Positions 8,932 to 18,447 of a stretch of DNA of 64,000 nt are shown in pieces (positions within the stretch are counted from its first letter, which is position 1; each line of letters begins with the position of its first letter). The stretch comes from Shigella phage KPS64, in sequence record MK562502; one strand, written 5' to 3'. The notes under the pieces were generated by a model, which had not been told where the DNA came from, did no database searches, and saw only the letters and a program-made list of their open reading frames with translations. A program made the position numbers and the translations under genes.

Positions 8932-11076
8932 TTACATAGATTTTCTATCCTGAATTTCAGCAATTTTTGCATCATTCATTCTGGAAGTACCTTTAATCTT
9001 AGTCCAGCCAAGGTATCCACATACACGGTTAATCACAGAGATATCATGTGAGTTGCACTTAGGACACAATTCAACATCTGCACTTGGACGGTGACCGCAA
9101 TTCTCACAGATTGCCAAGTCAAAGTTAACACCTTGATAGAAACCTTTACCCATACCTCTTGTCACACAAGCCCTAATAGCTTTATGATTCTCTGGATTAG
9201 CAATACGAACGTACTGGATATGACCACCATTACAAGCATGGAAGAAAGGTTCTTCTAAGTCTTGCTTTTCAAATGGTGTAATATCTGCACCAACATTCAT
9301 GTGGAAGCTGTTTGTAAAGTATTCTTTATCAGATACACCTTTAACAACTCCAAACATGTTTCTAAACTGCTTCAATTGCGTACCACAAAGGCTCTCAGCA
9401 GGTGTACCATAGAGGGCATACAAGAAACCATCTTCCTGTTTAAACTGCTCCAGTTTGCCATTCAGGTAGTTTAAAACCTTACTTGCAATATCACCGTCTG
9501 ACTCATGTAATCTCTTACCTTGTGCAAGGACTGTCAACTCATCCAATGCAGTGACACCGAAAGAGGCTGTAAAAGACTTCACAGTATCCCAACCAATCTT
9601 GTCAGTTGGCTTCTTATGACCTTTATACAAACCACCTTGTGTGAATGCCAGAGGGTTAGAACTTGCTGGCATATTAGCAATCATCTCATAACGCTTTTTA
9701 TGGAAGCTTCTAATCATCTCAAGATACTTGTCAAGTTCTGTCCAGAAGTCTAAACCATTCTCTTCAGAATACTTGTAAATCATTGGCAGATTAAGAGATA
9801 CTGCACCGATATTTGCTCGCCCTGTGTAGAACTCTTTACCATCTTCATCATGATATGGAGATAAGAAAGCTCTGCAACCCATTGGAGAGATGACTGCACC
9901 TGAACGCTCAAAAGCTTCTGCAACAGAACCATGACCAGAAACACTTAAGAAGTCTGGGTACATAGCTTTAGAACAGCACTCAATAGCTTTGTCATAAAGA
10001 GTTCCCTGCCAAGGGTCTAACATGTGTCTTGTTTCATCATAGATGTAAACCAGTTTAGGGAATACAACAGGCTTCTTAGATTTACCTTGACCATTCATTC
10101 TCACATCAAGAATAGTCTTCGCAATCATAAATTGCAAGCGGTTATCTTCACTAGCCATATCTGGTTCGAGTAAACCAAATGTTAAGGTTGTGAATGCAAA
10201 GTCACCACGGCTGCAAGGAACTGTATTCAGTTTCATTTCCAGAGATTGGAAGCCTTGGGTTAGCTCAATCTGAAGTTGTTCTTTAGCATAGTGGTATGCA
10301 CCACCTCTCCCTGTGATATTATACTGCTTTGCTTTTTCCAGATGATACTCAAAAGACTTCTTAGCATATGGCACAAGAACCTTGTCAATCTCTGGGATAG
10401 TGAACCCACCAAACTGCTGTGCAGTTGCTGAGAGTACAACGTCACCAATAACCTGTAAAGCTGAAAGTACAGACTTTGGTTCACAGTATTCGATGCCGGA
10501 CATTTCAAAACCACCTTTCAAGACACTTCCAATGTCAAACAAGCAACAGTTAATACCACCGAAGATTAAATCTCTTAAGTCATGGATATAAATGAATCCA
10601 TCTTCAATAGCACTTGCTTCTTCTGGTGTCAAGTGATACTGCTTAAAGATTTCTTTTGTCAGATACCCACGGATGATTGAACCTTTTGTAGAGATTAAGC
10701 TACTGTCAAAGTTAGCATTCTCACGGTCACCTAAGAAGAGTGTGTCTTTAGTTTTCTGGTAAAGTTCATCCCAATTCTGTGCAACCTCTTTACGATAGTT
10801 TCTGTAGGTTGAATATGACTCATAGATTTCATGGTTTACCTCTGCCAGAGTTCCCTCTACAATACTGTGAACATCATCTACAGAGATGAGCATAGCATTC
10901 TGATTAGTTGCTCTGACAAGCAATCTCATAAAGGCTGATTCAAGAGCATGGATAACTTCTAGTGGTAACTCTTTGTAGCCAACTCTATTAGCTGACTTGG
11001 TAACTGCTTCGACGATTTTATTTACATTTGGTTTTTCCAGTGAACCGTCTTTCTTAATAATTTGTACTTTAACCAT
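8932..11076 (-). CDS. nrdD: anaerobic ribonucleoside-triphosphate reductase (class III)
   Basis: C-terminal glycyl-radical motif RVCGYLG and Cys cluster CENCGH...CPKCN; N-terminal ATP-cone. Start set at MVKVQ, preceded by AGGAG (track ORF begins 90 nt upstream). Confidence 0.9.
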   Translation of the reverse strand: MVKVQIIKKDGSLEKPNVNKIVEAVTKSANRVGYKELPLEVIHALESAFMRLLVRATNQNAMLISVDDVHSIVEGTLAEVNHEIYESYSTYRNYRKEVAQNWDELYQKTKDTLFLGDRENANFDSSLISTKGSIIRGYLTKEIFKQYHLTPEEASAIEDGFIYIHDLRDLIFGGINCCLFDIGSVLKGGFEMSGIEYCEPKSVLSALQVIGDVVLSATAQQFGGFTIPEIDKVLVPYAKKSFEYHLEKAKQYNITGRGGAYHYAKEQLQIELTQGFQSLEMKLNTVPCSRGDFAFTTLTFGLLEPDMASEDNRLQFMIAKTILDVRMNGQGKSKKPVVFPKLVYIYDETRHMLDPWQGTLYDKAIECCSKAMYPDFLSVSGHGSVAEAFERSGAVISPMGCRAFLSPYHDEDGKEFYTGRANIGAVSLNLPMIYKYSEENGLDFWTELDKYLEMIRSFHKKRYEMIANMPASSNPLAFTQGGLYKGHKKPTDKIGWDTVKSFTASFGVTALDELTVLAQGKRLHESDGDIASKVLNYLNGKLEQFKQEDGFLYALYGTPAESLCGTQLKQFRNMFGVVKGVSDKEYFTNSFHMNVGADITPFEKQDLEEPFFHACNGGHIQYVRIANPENHKAIRACVTRGMGKGFYQGVNFDLAICENCGHRPSADVELCPKCNSHDISVINRVCGYLGWTKIKGTSRMNDAKIAEIQDRKSM

Positions 11077-11091
11077 TCTGACTCCTAATGC

Positions 11092-11114
11092 AAAAAAGGT
11101 CTCCGAAGAGACCC
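11092..11114 (-). terminator. rho-independent terminator (minus strand)
   Basis: Hairpin GGGTCTC-TTCG-GAGACC followed by TTTTTT on the minus strand; same core as the 15214-15237 element. Confidence 0.55.
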
Positions 11115-11125
11115 TTATATTAATT

Positions 11126-11326
11126 CTACTTAGAAAACTTTTCAATAAGCTTTTTAAGCTTTCCACTCAAATCATGTTTGATATCTAATATCTCAAAGAT
11201 AACCCATACTAGCATAGCTCCAAATAGAGCACCTTGTTTTAAATCAGTAAACAGGCTAGTAACCATGAATGCCAGAGCAATCATCGGAGCATCTTCAACA
11301 AAACCATCCCATAAACGTTTAAGCAT
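11126..11326 (-). CDS. hypothetical small membrane protein
   Basis: 66-aa ORF with a hydrophobic segment. Confidence 0.35.
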   Translation of the reverse strand: MLKRLWDGFVEDAPMIALAFMVTSLFTDLKQGALFGAMLVWVIFEILDIKHDLSGKLKKLIEKFSK

Positions 11327-11561
11327 TATTCACCTCTGCCATAAAGTTCTGTAGTGTTCCAACAGGTTTCATTTCATTGTCTTCAACCTTCATAATGAAA
11401 GGCATCTGACGAACAGGTATCTTTGCAATATCCATCAGGTCACTTAGCTCATAATCTTTCCCAAGCATTCTAACAACATGGTCTAAGCCACGAGCCTGAG
11501 CAAAGTTCTTAGCAGTCACACACTGTGGGCATCCATCTTTTGAGTAAATTACATAAGTCAT
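11319..11561 (-). CDS. glutaredoxin/NrdH-like redoxin
   Basis: 80-aa ORF with CPQC active-site motif in a thioredoxin-fold context, between nrdB and nrdD. Confidence 0.7.
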   Translation of the reverse strand: MTYVIYSKDGCPQCVTAKNFAQARGLDHVVRMLGKDYELSDLMDIAKIPVRQMPFIMKVEDNEMKPVGTLQNFMAEVNNA

Positions 11562-12634
11562 TAAGGAACCTCTAAAAATCCTGAATTTAAATCATCAACA
11601 ACGGTATTCAAAAGGTACGCACCATTTTGTTGTTCTTGGTTAGCGTTTTGCTCTTTATCAATTTCCATCTTCTTAATCATATATTTCAAAGGTGGTTCTT
11701 TAGGAGCTACGAAGTCTCTTGGAATACCAAACATATCATACAATGGAGCAGCGTTGTAGTAAACCCATTCGTGAAGAAGTTTTGTATTCAAACCTACAAC
11801 AGCACGTCCTTCAGAGAAGATATAATAAGACCATTTCTCTTCACTTTCAACTACTTCATCCAGAATTACTTTAATCTCTGGTAGTACTTGACGGAAAGCT
11901 TCTTGCCACTCTTCATCTTTCAAAGTTTCTTTTAATGCTTCGATATCAATCTTTGTGTGAATGATTTCGTCAAGCATAATTTTCTGTACTGCTTGTGCAA
12001 TCCCTTGGAATTTATCTTGTGCATCAAGTGCAAAGGTACATGCAAAGGATGCCATGAAGGAAATACCCTCAAGTGCTGTTACTGCAAAGAGACCTTTCAA
12101 GATTACTTTGTGGAAGTGTAAAGGGTCTTTCTCCATTAGCTCTTGACGAACATAGCTTAAACGATAGTTAATACCTTCGTCAAGAAGTTCTGCCAGTGCT
12201 CTGTTCACAGTCTTCAATCTGTCCTGAACAGCAGCATTCTGGTTAATCTCATCAAGGATTGTTTCAGGGTTCTTGATACACTGACGAACAATCTCTGAAT
12301 AAGTTAGTGCATGAAGGTTCTCAATTTCTGATTGCTTCATGATAGCAGTTGCATAGATATCATCAGAGATGAACGGTGCAAATGCAAAAGCTAAACTCTT
12401 AGCAACCTGTGTATCTGCTTCCCATTGCCATTTCAGAATCTCAAGCATTACACCAGACATTGACTGAGGGACACTCTCAAAGTCTAACCGTGACTGTTCA
12501 AATGGGAACTCATCTTCAGACCAGTCTTGTGCTTTCTGCTGCTTATACAGTTCAAAGATTTTTGGATAGTGTTTATTCAGTGAATCGAAAGTTTTTCGTT
12601 CACCGCCTAAGAAAATTGGATGTGGGTTAATCAT
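11561..12634 (-). CDS. nrdB: ribonucleotide reductase class Ia beta subunit
   Basis: 357-aa ORF with ferritin-like di-iron helices; adjacent to nrdA. Confidence 0.85.
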   Translation of the reverse strand: MINPHPIFLGGERKTFDSLNKHYPKIFELYKQQKAQDWSEDEFPFEQSRLDFESVPQSMSGVMLEILKWQWEADTQVAKSLAFAFAPFISDDIYATAIMKQSEIENLHALTYSEIVRQCIKNPETILDEINQNAAVQDRLKTVNRALAELLDEGINYRLSYVRQELMEKDPLHFHKVILKGLFAVTALEGISFMASFACTFALDAQDKFQGIAQAVQKIMLDEIIHTKIDIEALKETLKDEEWQEAFRQVLPEIKVILDEVVESEEKWSYYIFSEGRAVVGLNTKLLHEWVYYNAAPLYDMFGIPRDFVAPKEPPLKYMIKKMEIDKEQNANQEQQNGAYLLNTVVDDLNSGFLEVP

Positions 12635-12906
12635 TCTGGTAAGATTCCTGTATCTAGAAAGTTTCTGGCTTCAGTTGTTGTCATAACAACCCATTTGTCC
12701 TTGTTGAACATATCAAGTGGTCTTGCATATGTTTGCTTTGGATTAAAACAATCAACATATCGTATATGTTCTTTCCAAGAACCATCTGGCATCTTAACTT
12801 TTAAGTCTAAGTCTGCAATATAATACAAAGACCGTCTTGGAATATAAAATAAATATAGTGAGTTATCTTTGCTACGTATTCTCGCATTGCGAATTAAATC
12901 TAGCAT
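12631..12906 (-). CDS. hypothetical protein between nrdA and nrdB
   Basis: Track ORF 12631..13017 trimmed to the Met preceded by GGAGAAAG, which removes overlap with nrdA. Confidence 0.4.
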   Translation of the reverse strand: MLDLIRNARIRSKDNSLYLFYIPRRSLYYIADLDLKVKMPDGSWKEHIRYVDCFNPKQTYARPLDMFNKDKWVVMTTTEARNFLDTGILPE

Positions 12907-12961
12907 ATCTTTCTCCAAGTTAATTTTAGAGGGTCTTTTACGACCCTCATAGTTATTAAAA

Positions 12962-15196
12962 CTAAACACCGCAACCTTCACAGTAGGCATCTTGTAGTGC
13001 TGATTTACCAACACCAATACGACTGTTAAGGTAGTACATAGTTTTCAAACCAACAAGGTTTGCATAAATCATGTACTTCAAAGCTTGCTCTAATGATACC
13101 TTCTTAGACTTCGAGTAGTCAACATAGAAATCTGAAGAGATAGCTTGACCAGTGAATTTTTGAACAATTGCATAGCAATCAATCATATCAAAGGTGTCAA
13201 TATCCCAAGCAATTTCGTATACATACTTCAACTCTTCATAATCAGGTACAATAAACAGAACGTTACCAGTTGCAGACTTCTTAGTTAAGATGAAGTCACG
13301 AATAGGGTACAGCCCGTTTGTCGTGTTAGTTGCCAGAGAAGAACTCTCATTAGGCATATAAGCCTCTAACACAGAGTTACGGATACCTCCATTTTCTTTA
13401 ATTCGATGTGACAGGTCATCCCAATCATAACGAAGTTTTGCATCGTGCTTTTCATCAATTTTCTTGTTAGCAGTCTTTGGTGGAACCCAACCATCAGGGT
13501 ACTTAGTGAACTGCATGTACTCTGGTACACCACGCTCTTTTGCGAGTCTTAAAGATGCTTCATGCAAGAAGTAAGAGTGCATCTCAGCCAACTCATGGAG
13601 TTTAGTTTTACCAGCCCTTGATGAGTAGTTCACATAGTTCTTCGCAAGGTAATGAGCCACATTAGTAAGGCCAATACCAACAGAACGGCGTTTCTGAACG
13701 TGGTTACGCATTGACGGATACGGATAATCCATAAGGTCAATAACGGAGTCAACCATTGCAAGAGCATAATAAGCAACGTCAGCGTATTCATCTTCTGTGA
13801 TTCTCCCTGCAACCAAACTAGCTAGGAAGCAAAGAGCAACTTCACCGTCTTCTTTCTTGGCTGTGTAGCTATACAGGTCTCTTTCATCCTCAAAACCGTG
13901 AACTGGTAAGACAATCTCCATACACAGGTTTGACATTTTCAAAGGTTCTTTGAAAGGTGTATGATAGTTTGCGTTGTTAGTAAAGAACGGGTAAACACGT
14001 CCTGTAGCATAACGTTGTTGAATAAACAACTTGGCAACTTCACGAGCCTTTACACGTTTATGTTTAACACCTGTATGAACTGCGTGACCTACTGCCATAG
14101 CAAATTCATCAGCACTTGCTGTGTAGAACATGTCATACAGTCTTGGTGCATCTTTGTAAGAGAATAGCAACCAATCTGTATCGTACTGTACACATTGCCA
14201 GAAGTAATCATTTGCACCAAATGAGTAATCCATTTCATTAATACGCTTTGCAGGAACCGTTGTAGGGTGCTTCAAGCGTAGCAAATCCTCAATCTGTGGG
14301 TCTAATGCAGTGAAGAAGTTATTAGCTGAACCGCCACGACTCTTCTGCTTATTAGCCTCTACAGCAGCACGTACAAGCTTATAATAAGGGAGTTTTCCCA
14401 TATGCTCAATAGTGTTTTGTCGGATTCCATCACCAATTGTTCTGGTCTCCATCAGCATACCAATACCTGCTTGCTTAGTGGTCATGTCATAAGCTACTTT
14501 TGTAGCAATTCCAAGAGACTCAGCAGTATCATTTGCTTTAATTAGGCAGCATGAAGCATAGCCAGATTTTGTAGCTCTCAGACCATTCAGATACGGTGTA
14601 GGAGCATTAATCTTCAGGTCAGATAGATATGTGTAGAGCTTGATAACATCATCTAAACGACGCTGTTTAGGCTGTCTTTCAAAGGCTTTCATAGCCATAC
14701 CCATGAACATAAACTGTGGAGACTCAAACAACTTACCACTTTTAATGTCACGGATTCCATACTTATCACGGAACTGCTTCAGTACTGCATACCCATAAGA
14801 GATATCTTTTGAATGTACGATGTGGCCTTGTAAGTAGTCAATCTCTTCAGGTGTGTAATCCATATGTTCCCAAAGCCCCATCTGCTCCATCTTCATCACA
14901 AATGGAAGTAACTGAGGAACCTTTGTAAATCCACCAAAAGCTTCTTTGTAGATAATGCCAAGAAGTAGTCTCCCAGCCATATCAGAGTACTCTTGAGTTT
15001 GCTTATCAATACAAACGTCAATCATAGCTTGGTGCATTTCTTTTGTTGTACAACCTTCATAGACACGCTTCATAGCTTCCATGACAACCTCTGACCAGAT
15101 AATTCCTCTCTTGTCAGCCCATGAAGCCCATTTATTTAAACGCTCTGGTTCGAATGGTACGATTGTACCGTCTGATTTGCGAATAGTAGTAATCAT
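12962..15196 (-). CDS. nrdA: ribonucleotide reductase class Ia alpha subunit
   Basis: 744-aa ORF with N-terminal ATP-cone, NLCMEI active-site segment and C-terminal Cys pair (CEGCGV). Confidence 0.9.
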   Translation of the reverse strand: MITTIRKSDGTIVPFEPERLNKWASWADKRGIIWSEVVMEAMKRVYEGCTTKEMHQAMIDVCIDKQTQEYSDMAGRLLLGIIYKEAFGGFTKVPQLLPFVMKMEQMGLWEHMDYTPEEIDYLQGHIVHSKDISYGYAVLKQFRDKYGIRDIKSGKLFESPQFMFMGMAMKAFERQPKQRRLDDVIKLYTYLSDLKINAPTPYLNGLRATKSGYASCCLIKANDTAESLGIATKVAYDMTTKQAGIGMLMETRTIGDGIRQNTIEHMGKLPYYKLVRAAVEANKQKSRGGSANNFFTALDPQIEDLLRLKHPTTVPAKRINEMDYSFGANDYFWQCVQYDTDWLLFSYKDAPRLYDMFYTASADEFAMAVGHAVHTGVKHKRVKAREVAKLFIQQRYATGRVYPFFTNNANYHTPFKEPLKMSNLCMEIVLPVHGFEDERDLYSYTAKKEDGEVALCFLASLVAGRITEDEYADVAYYALAMVDSVIDLMDYPYPSMRNHVQKRRSVGIGLTNVAHYLAKNYVNYSSRAGKTKLHELAEMHSYFLHEASLRLAKERGVPEYMQFTKYPDGWVPPKTANKKIDEKHDAKLRYDWDDLSHRIKENGGIRNSVLEAYMPNESSSLATNTTNGLYPIRDFILTKKSATGNVLFIVPDYEELKYVYEIAWDIDTFDMIDCYAIVQKFTGQAISSDFYVDYSKSKKVSLEQALKYMIYANLVGLKTMYYLNSRIGVGKSALQDAYCEGCGV

Positions 15197-15213
15197 TATA
15201 TTAAATCCTACAG

Positions 15214-15237
15214 GTGAAAAAGGGTCTCCGAAGAGAC
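15214..15237 (-). terminator. rho-independent terminator (minus strand)
   Basis: Hairpin GGGGTCTC-TTCG-GAGACCC followed by TTTTT on the minus strand; core identical to the 11092-11114 element. Confidence 0.55.
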
Positions 15238-15247
15238 CCCTTAGAGA

Positions 15248-15583
15248 TTAAATGCTAAAAATCTTTTTACTTACCCAGAGTTCAACGAACTTCTGTGATA
15301 CTTTTGTCAGTGAACCTTTAGACATTGCATTCATGTACCAGTAACGCATACCATCATCGAATGCCATATCAAGTTTTTCACTAACATCATCTTCAAGTCG
15401 TGCAATTGAGAAGTTGCCACGTACTTTGCAGACAACACGACCAAACTTAATATCACTGCGACCTTTGCAATCTTCAGTGTACATTACAAAATCACCATGA
15501 CGGAGTGTCTCACCAAACTTATCAGTGCCTAATTCTTCGCCAGATTTAATTTCTTCTTTAGTTAACTTTTTAGTTTTAGACAT
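15248..15583 (-). CDS. hypothetical protein
   Basis: 111-aa ORF. Confidence 0.4.
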   Translation of the reverse strand: MSKTKKLTKEEIKSGEELGTDKFGETLRHGDFVMYTEDCKGRSDIKFGRVVCKVRGNFSIARLEDDVSEKLDMAFDDGMRYWYMNAMSKGSLTKVSQKFVELWVSKKIFSI

Positions 15584-15902
15584 GGTATCTATCCAAGTTT
15601 CGTTTCAAGTAAATCCACTGGTCATCTGTGCGCTCTACACCCATGAACAGGGGGGCTACAACAACTTTACCAAAAGTATTTCTATGCTGGCAAATCTCGT
15701 AAGAGTACGGTTTATCAATATTTAAGCCATACTTATACAACACTGCTGCTAATACTTGTTCATTATCCAGAATCGTTTCTGGCTTCTCTCCGTACTTGTC
15801 TAACAGTGAATCATTCATAAACACTGTCATAGAGAGGTTGTAGTTGGAGAAGTGGCTTTTTGCCACCACTTCTTCACCTTTATTAATGTTCTGTGAATCC
15901 AT
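15576..15902 (-). CDS. hypothetical protein
   Basis: 108-aa ORF overlapping neighbours by a few nt. Confidence 0.4.
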   Translation of the reverse strand: MDSQNINKGEEVVAKSHFSNYNLSMTVFMNDSLLDKYGEKPETILDNEQVLAAVLYKYGLNIDKPYSYEICQHRNTFGKVVVAPLFMGVERTDDQWIYLKRNLDRYHV

Positions 15903-16638
15903 TATAACCGACTCCTTTCAACCACTGCTTGAGGTTGATTGCATCATAATTCAATTTCGGATATGAGGTTACATGGAACTTCTCACCATCATAGTACACA
16001 ATATCCGCAAGCCATAATCCATTCTCACGGCAGAAGTCTTTATCTGCTTTTGAAGAGATTGGTTCAACTTTAGAAAAGTTTTTAATGCCAAGACTACCAA
16101 GACTTCCAATCAGTCCTTGGCAGATAACGCATGTGTCAGATGTTACCACAAATAATTCTTTTGCGTCAACTTCTGCAATAAAACTTTCAAGTTGAACTTT
16201 TGGAAGATTAGACTGTTTCATAATCTTACCATCAGACTTGCGAATAATCGCAAACCACTCTTTACCTTCAATAATTGATTGACGCAGGTAACATTCATCA
16301 CCAGTACGTTTCTCAATATCAAACATTCGCTGTAAAGCTTCTTGATAGTCATCTGTGTATTTGAGGTTGTTGTTTTCACAAACAGCCTTAATAGCACCAT
16401 CATGGTCATGTTGTGTCAGGAAAATTAAACCGTCAAGTACATACTGCAAATCAGCTTGAGCATCAAGGGTCTCAACAGGGTCTTTGGCTTCTACTGCTGC
16501 GACTAACTCTCTAGCTTCTTCAATCATACACAGAGATTGACTTTTCAGTGATTCCCAATACTCTGTACTGTATGGCTCTTTTGGATTATTGCCACAACGT
16601 AGATTCCAATTTCTTACGGATTCTCTGGAATTAAACAT
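15883..16638 (-). CDS. MazG-like nucleotide pyrophosphohydrolase domain protein
   Basis: 251-aa ORF; EEARELVAAVEAKDPVETLDAQADLQYVLDGL resembles the MazG/HisE EExxE...D helical motif. Motif recognition only. Confidence 0.4.
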   Translation of the reverse strand: MFNSRESVRNWNLRCGNNPKEPYSTEYWESLKSQSLCMIEEARELVAAVEAKDPVETLDAQADLQYVLDGLIFLTQHDHDGAIKAVCENNNLKYTDDYQEALQRMFDIEKRTGDECYLRQSIIEGKEWFAIIRKSDGKIMKQSNLPKVQLESFIAEVDAKELFVVTSDTCVICQGLIGSLGSLGIKNFSKVEPISSKADKDFCRENGLWLADIVYYDGEKFHVTSYPKLNYDAINLKQWLKGVGYNGFTEH

Positions 16639-16868
16639 TAAGCCTCCTTATCTTCAAACAACTTTTGTTGAGACTCAATATAGTCCATTCGTTCTTTGAG
16701 TTCAACACGTTTGCTTAACAGATGTTGAATTTGTGATTCCAGAGCATCCATCTCAGCTTCTGTAGCTGACTTAGCTTTACTGATAGTTTCCTTCAGTGCT
16801 GCTACGCCACTCTGGATTTTAGAAACATGGTCATTTTTGATTTTATTAAACATTTTAAACTCTCTCAT
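16638..16868 (-). CDS. hypothetical coiled-coil protein
   Basis: 76-aa ORF with heptad-like charged repeats. Confidence 0.35.
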   Translation of the reverse strand: MREFKMFNKIKNDHVSKIQSGVAALKETISKAKSATEAEMDALESQIQHLLSKRVELKERMDYIESQQKLFEDKEA

Positions 16869-17355
16869 TAAGTTTCATGATTTTAGTGATTCTCTTCTCA
16901 GCTTCATCATAAGTCTCTTTTGTAAGAAACTTGATTGCTGCAATGTTCGCATTGTAGAAGAGTCGAAGCTTAGAGTCAATCCTTTTTGTCATGACGTCAA
17001 ACTTATGTTGTAGGTTAGCTTCGCCATAAACTAAGCCACCTCGCGTATAGTAAGTCTGGATGATGTAGAAGTCAAACTCTTTTTCACCAAAAGATTCAAT
17101 ATCCTTCTTAATGTACTCAGAAGATGTTTGATAAGTCATCCAATCACTTTCTTTTGTCACGACTTTACGTCTGGTCTTTCCAGCAACCTTTTTCTTAGTG
17201 ACGTTATTAAATTGTTTCTTTCCAATATAATATTGTCCAGTTTTCTTACAGTATACTAAATAGACAAAACCAAAATAGTTAGCGGGGTCAATTTCCCCAC
17301 ACAGTGAAACCCAATGTCCATAAACAGGGCAATTTCCAAATCCTTTAATCTTCAT
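16855..17355 (-). CDS. putative GIY-YIG family endonuclease
   Basis: 166-aa ORF; FVYLVYCKKTGQYYIGKK fits the GIY-(10-11)-YIG spacing. Confidence 0.4.
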   Translation of the reverse strand: MKIKGFGNCPVYGHWVSLCGEIDPANYFGFVYLVYCKKTGQYYIGKKQFNNVTKKKVAGKTRRKVVTKESDWMTYQTSSEYIKKDIESFGEKEFDFYIIQTYYTRGGLVYGEANLQHKFDVMTKRIDSKLRLFYNANIAAIKFLTKETYDEAEKRITKIMKLNERV

Positions 17356-18412
17356 TCATAACTGGCTCCCAATTGTATTTTTTAAACGTAAAATCATCTT
17401 TAGGATTTCGTTCTTGATAAGCAATCCAGAAGTGCTGCTCCATTAGTTCTAGTGGAGTTCTTGTCACAATCTGACCATCCCATGATTCATAGGTGTATGA
17501 CTCTTTCTTAGCATAAAGCTCATAGATTGCGTCTAAGCACTCTTTGTAGGTAGTTTTACCTTCCAGTGCATTCATCACCGCAACTTTACCAGCACCTTTT
17601 AAACCGAAGTAGTTATCTGCATTATCACCTGCTACAGCTTGATAGCAGAGGAATTTAAAACCTACTCCGACTGTCTTCTTAGCTTTCGGTTTAGATTTGA
17701 TAGGGCAATCCCAAATCTCACCAACGTTATTATCTGCAATGAAAATTAATGGAGCCTTCTCATAAGTCATATCAATACAGTAAGTTCCTTCAGCTTGACG
17801 AAGGTCTTTATCAATACTCATCAGAGCAGCTTTTTTACCCATCTTCTCAGCTTTTGCAATAACGATAGAGTCTGCTTCGAAGCCCCCTTTTAAGAGCTTA
17901 AACTCTGGTCGTGACAGAAGATACTCACGACAAGCAACTAGGTGTGTAGGTGTTACAGCTTCTTTTCTGTTACCTTGATATTGGTGTTCAAGACCTTTGA
18001 TATCCTTGTGTTTGTGAACACCTTTCTCAGTAAGGTAACCCATCCATTTGCGTTCTTTACCAACGACTTTCAACCACTCCTGAAGAACTTGCTGTGTAGC
18101 CATAATTGCTTCAGCTTCACTCTTAGCCTCCTTCCAAGTCTGTCTTTCCCATTCATCTTCATCAAAGTCAAGTCCTAACTCTTCAGTTAAAACTCTTTGG
18201 TCAGACAGCCATTGTGCTGCCAGTTTTGCACTATCAAAAGCGTCGGATTCTTCAGCAGTGATTTTATTCACATACTTGTACTTTGCTTTTTCAACTACAC
18301 AAGCACCTTTGTAAGCAATGCTATCAGAGTCAATAAAGACGTGTGTAACGCTCTCTGGGAGCTTTGTTAAGGTGTATTGTTCCATTGTACTCTCCATACG
18401 AAAAAGCCCCAT
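17345..18412 (-). CDS. 5'-3' exonuclease / flap endonuclease
   Basis: 355-aa ORF with FIDSDSIAYKG, GGFEADSIVIA, SIDKDLRQ and AGDNADNYFGLKGAGKVAV (H3TH) segments, as in T4 RNase H / T5 D15. Confidence 0.7.
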   Translation of the reverse strand: MGLFRMESTMEQYTLTKLPESVTHVFIDSDSIAYKGACVVEKAKYKYVNKITAEESDAFDSAKLAAQWLSDQRVLTEELGLDFDEDEWERQTWKEAKSEAEAIMATQQVLQEWLKVVGKERKWMGYLTEKGVHKHKDIKGLEHQYQGNRKEAVTPTHLVACREYLLSRPEFKLLKGGFEADSIVIAKAEKMGKKAALMSIDKDLRQAEGTYCIDMTYEKAPLIFIADNNVGEIWDCPIKSKPKAKKTVGVGFKFLCYQAVAGDNADNYFGLKGAGKVAVMNALEGKTTYKECLDAIYELYAKKESYTYESWDGQIVTRTPLELMEQHFWIAYQERNPKDDFTFKKYNWEPVMNED

Positions 18413-18447
18413 ACGTCTGTACAGGGCTTTGTAGTAGTTACTGACTA

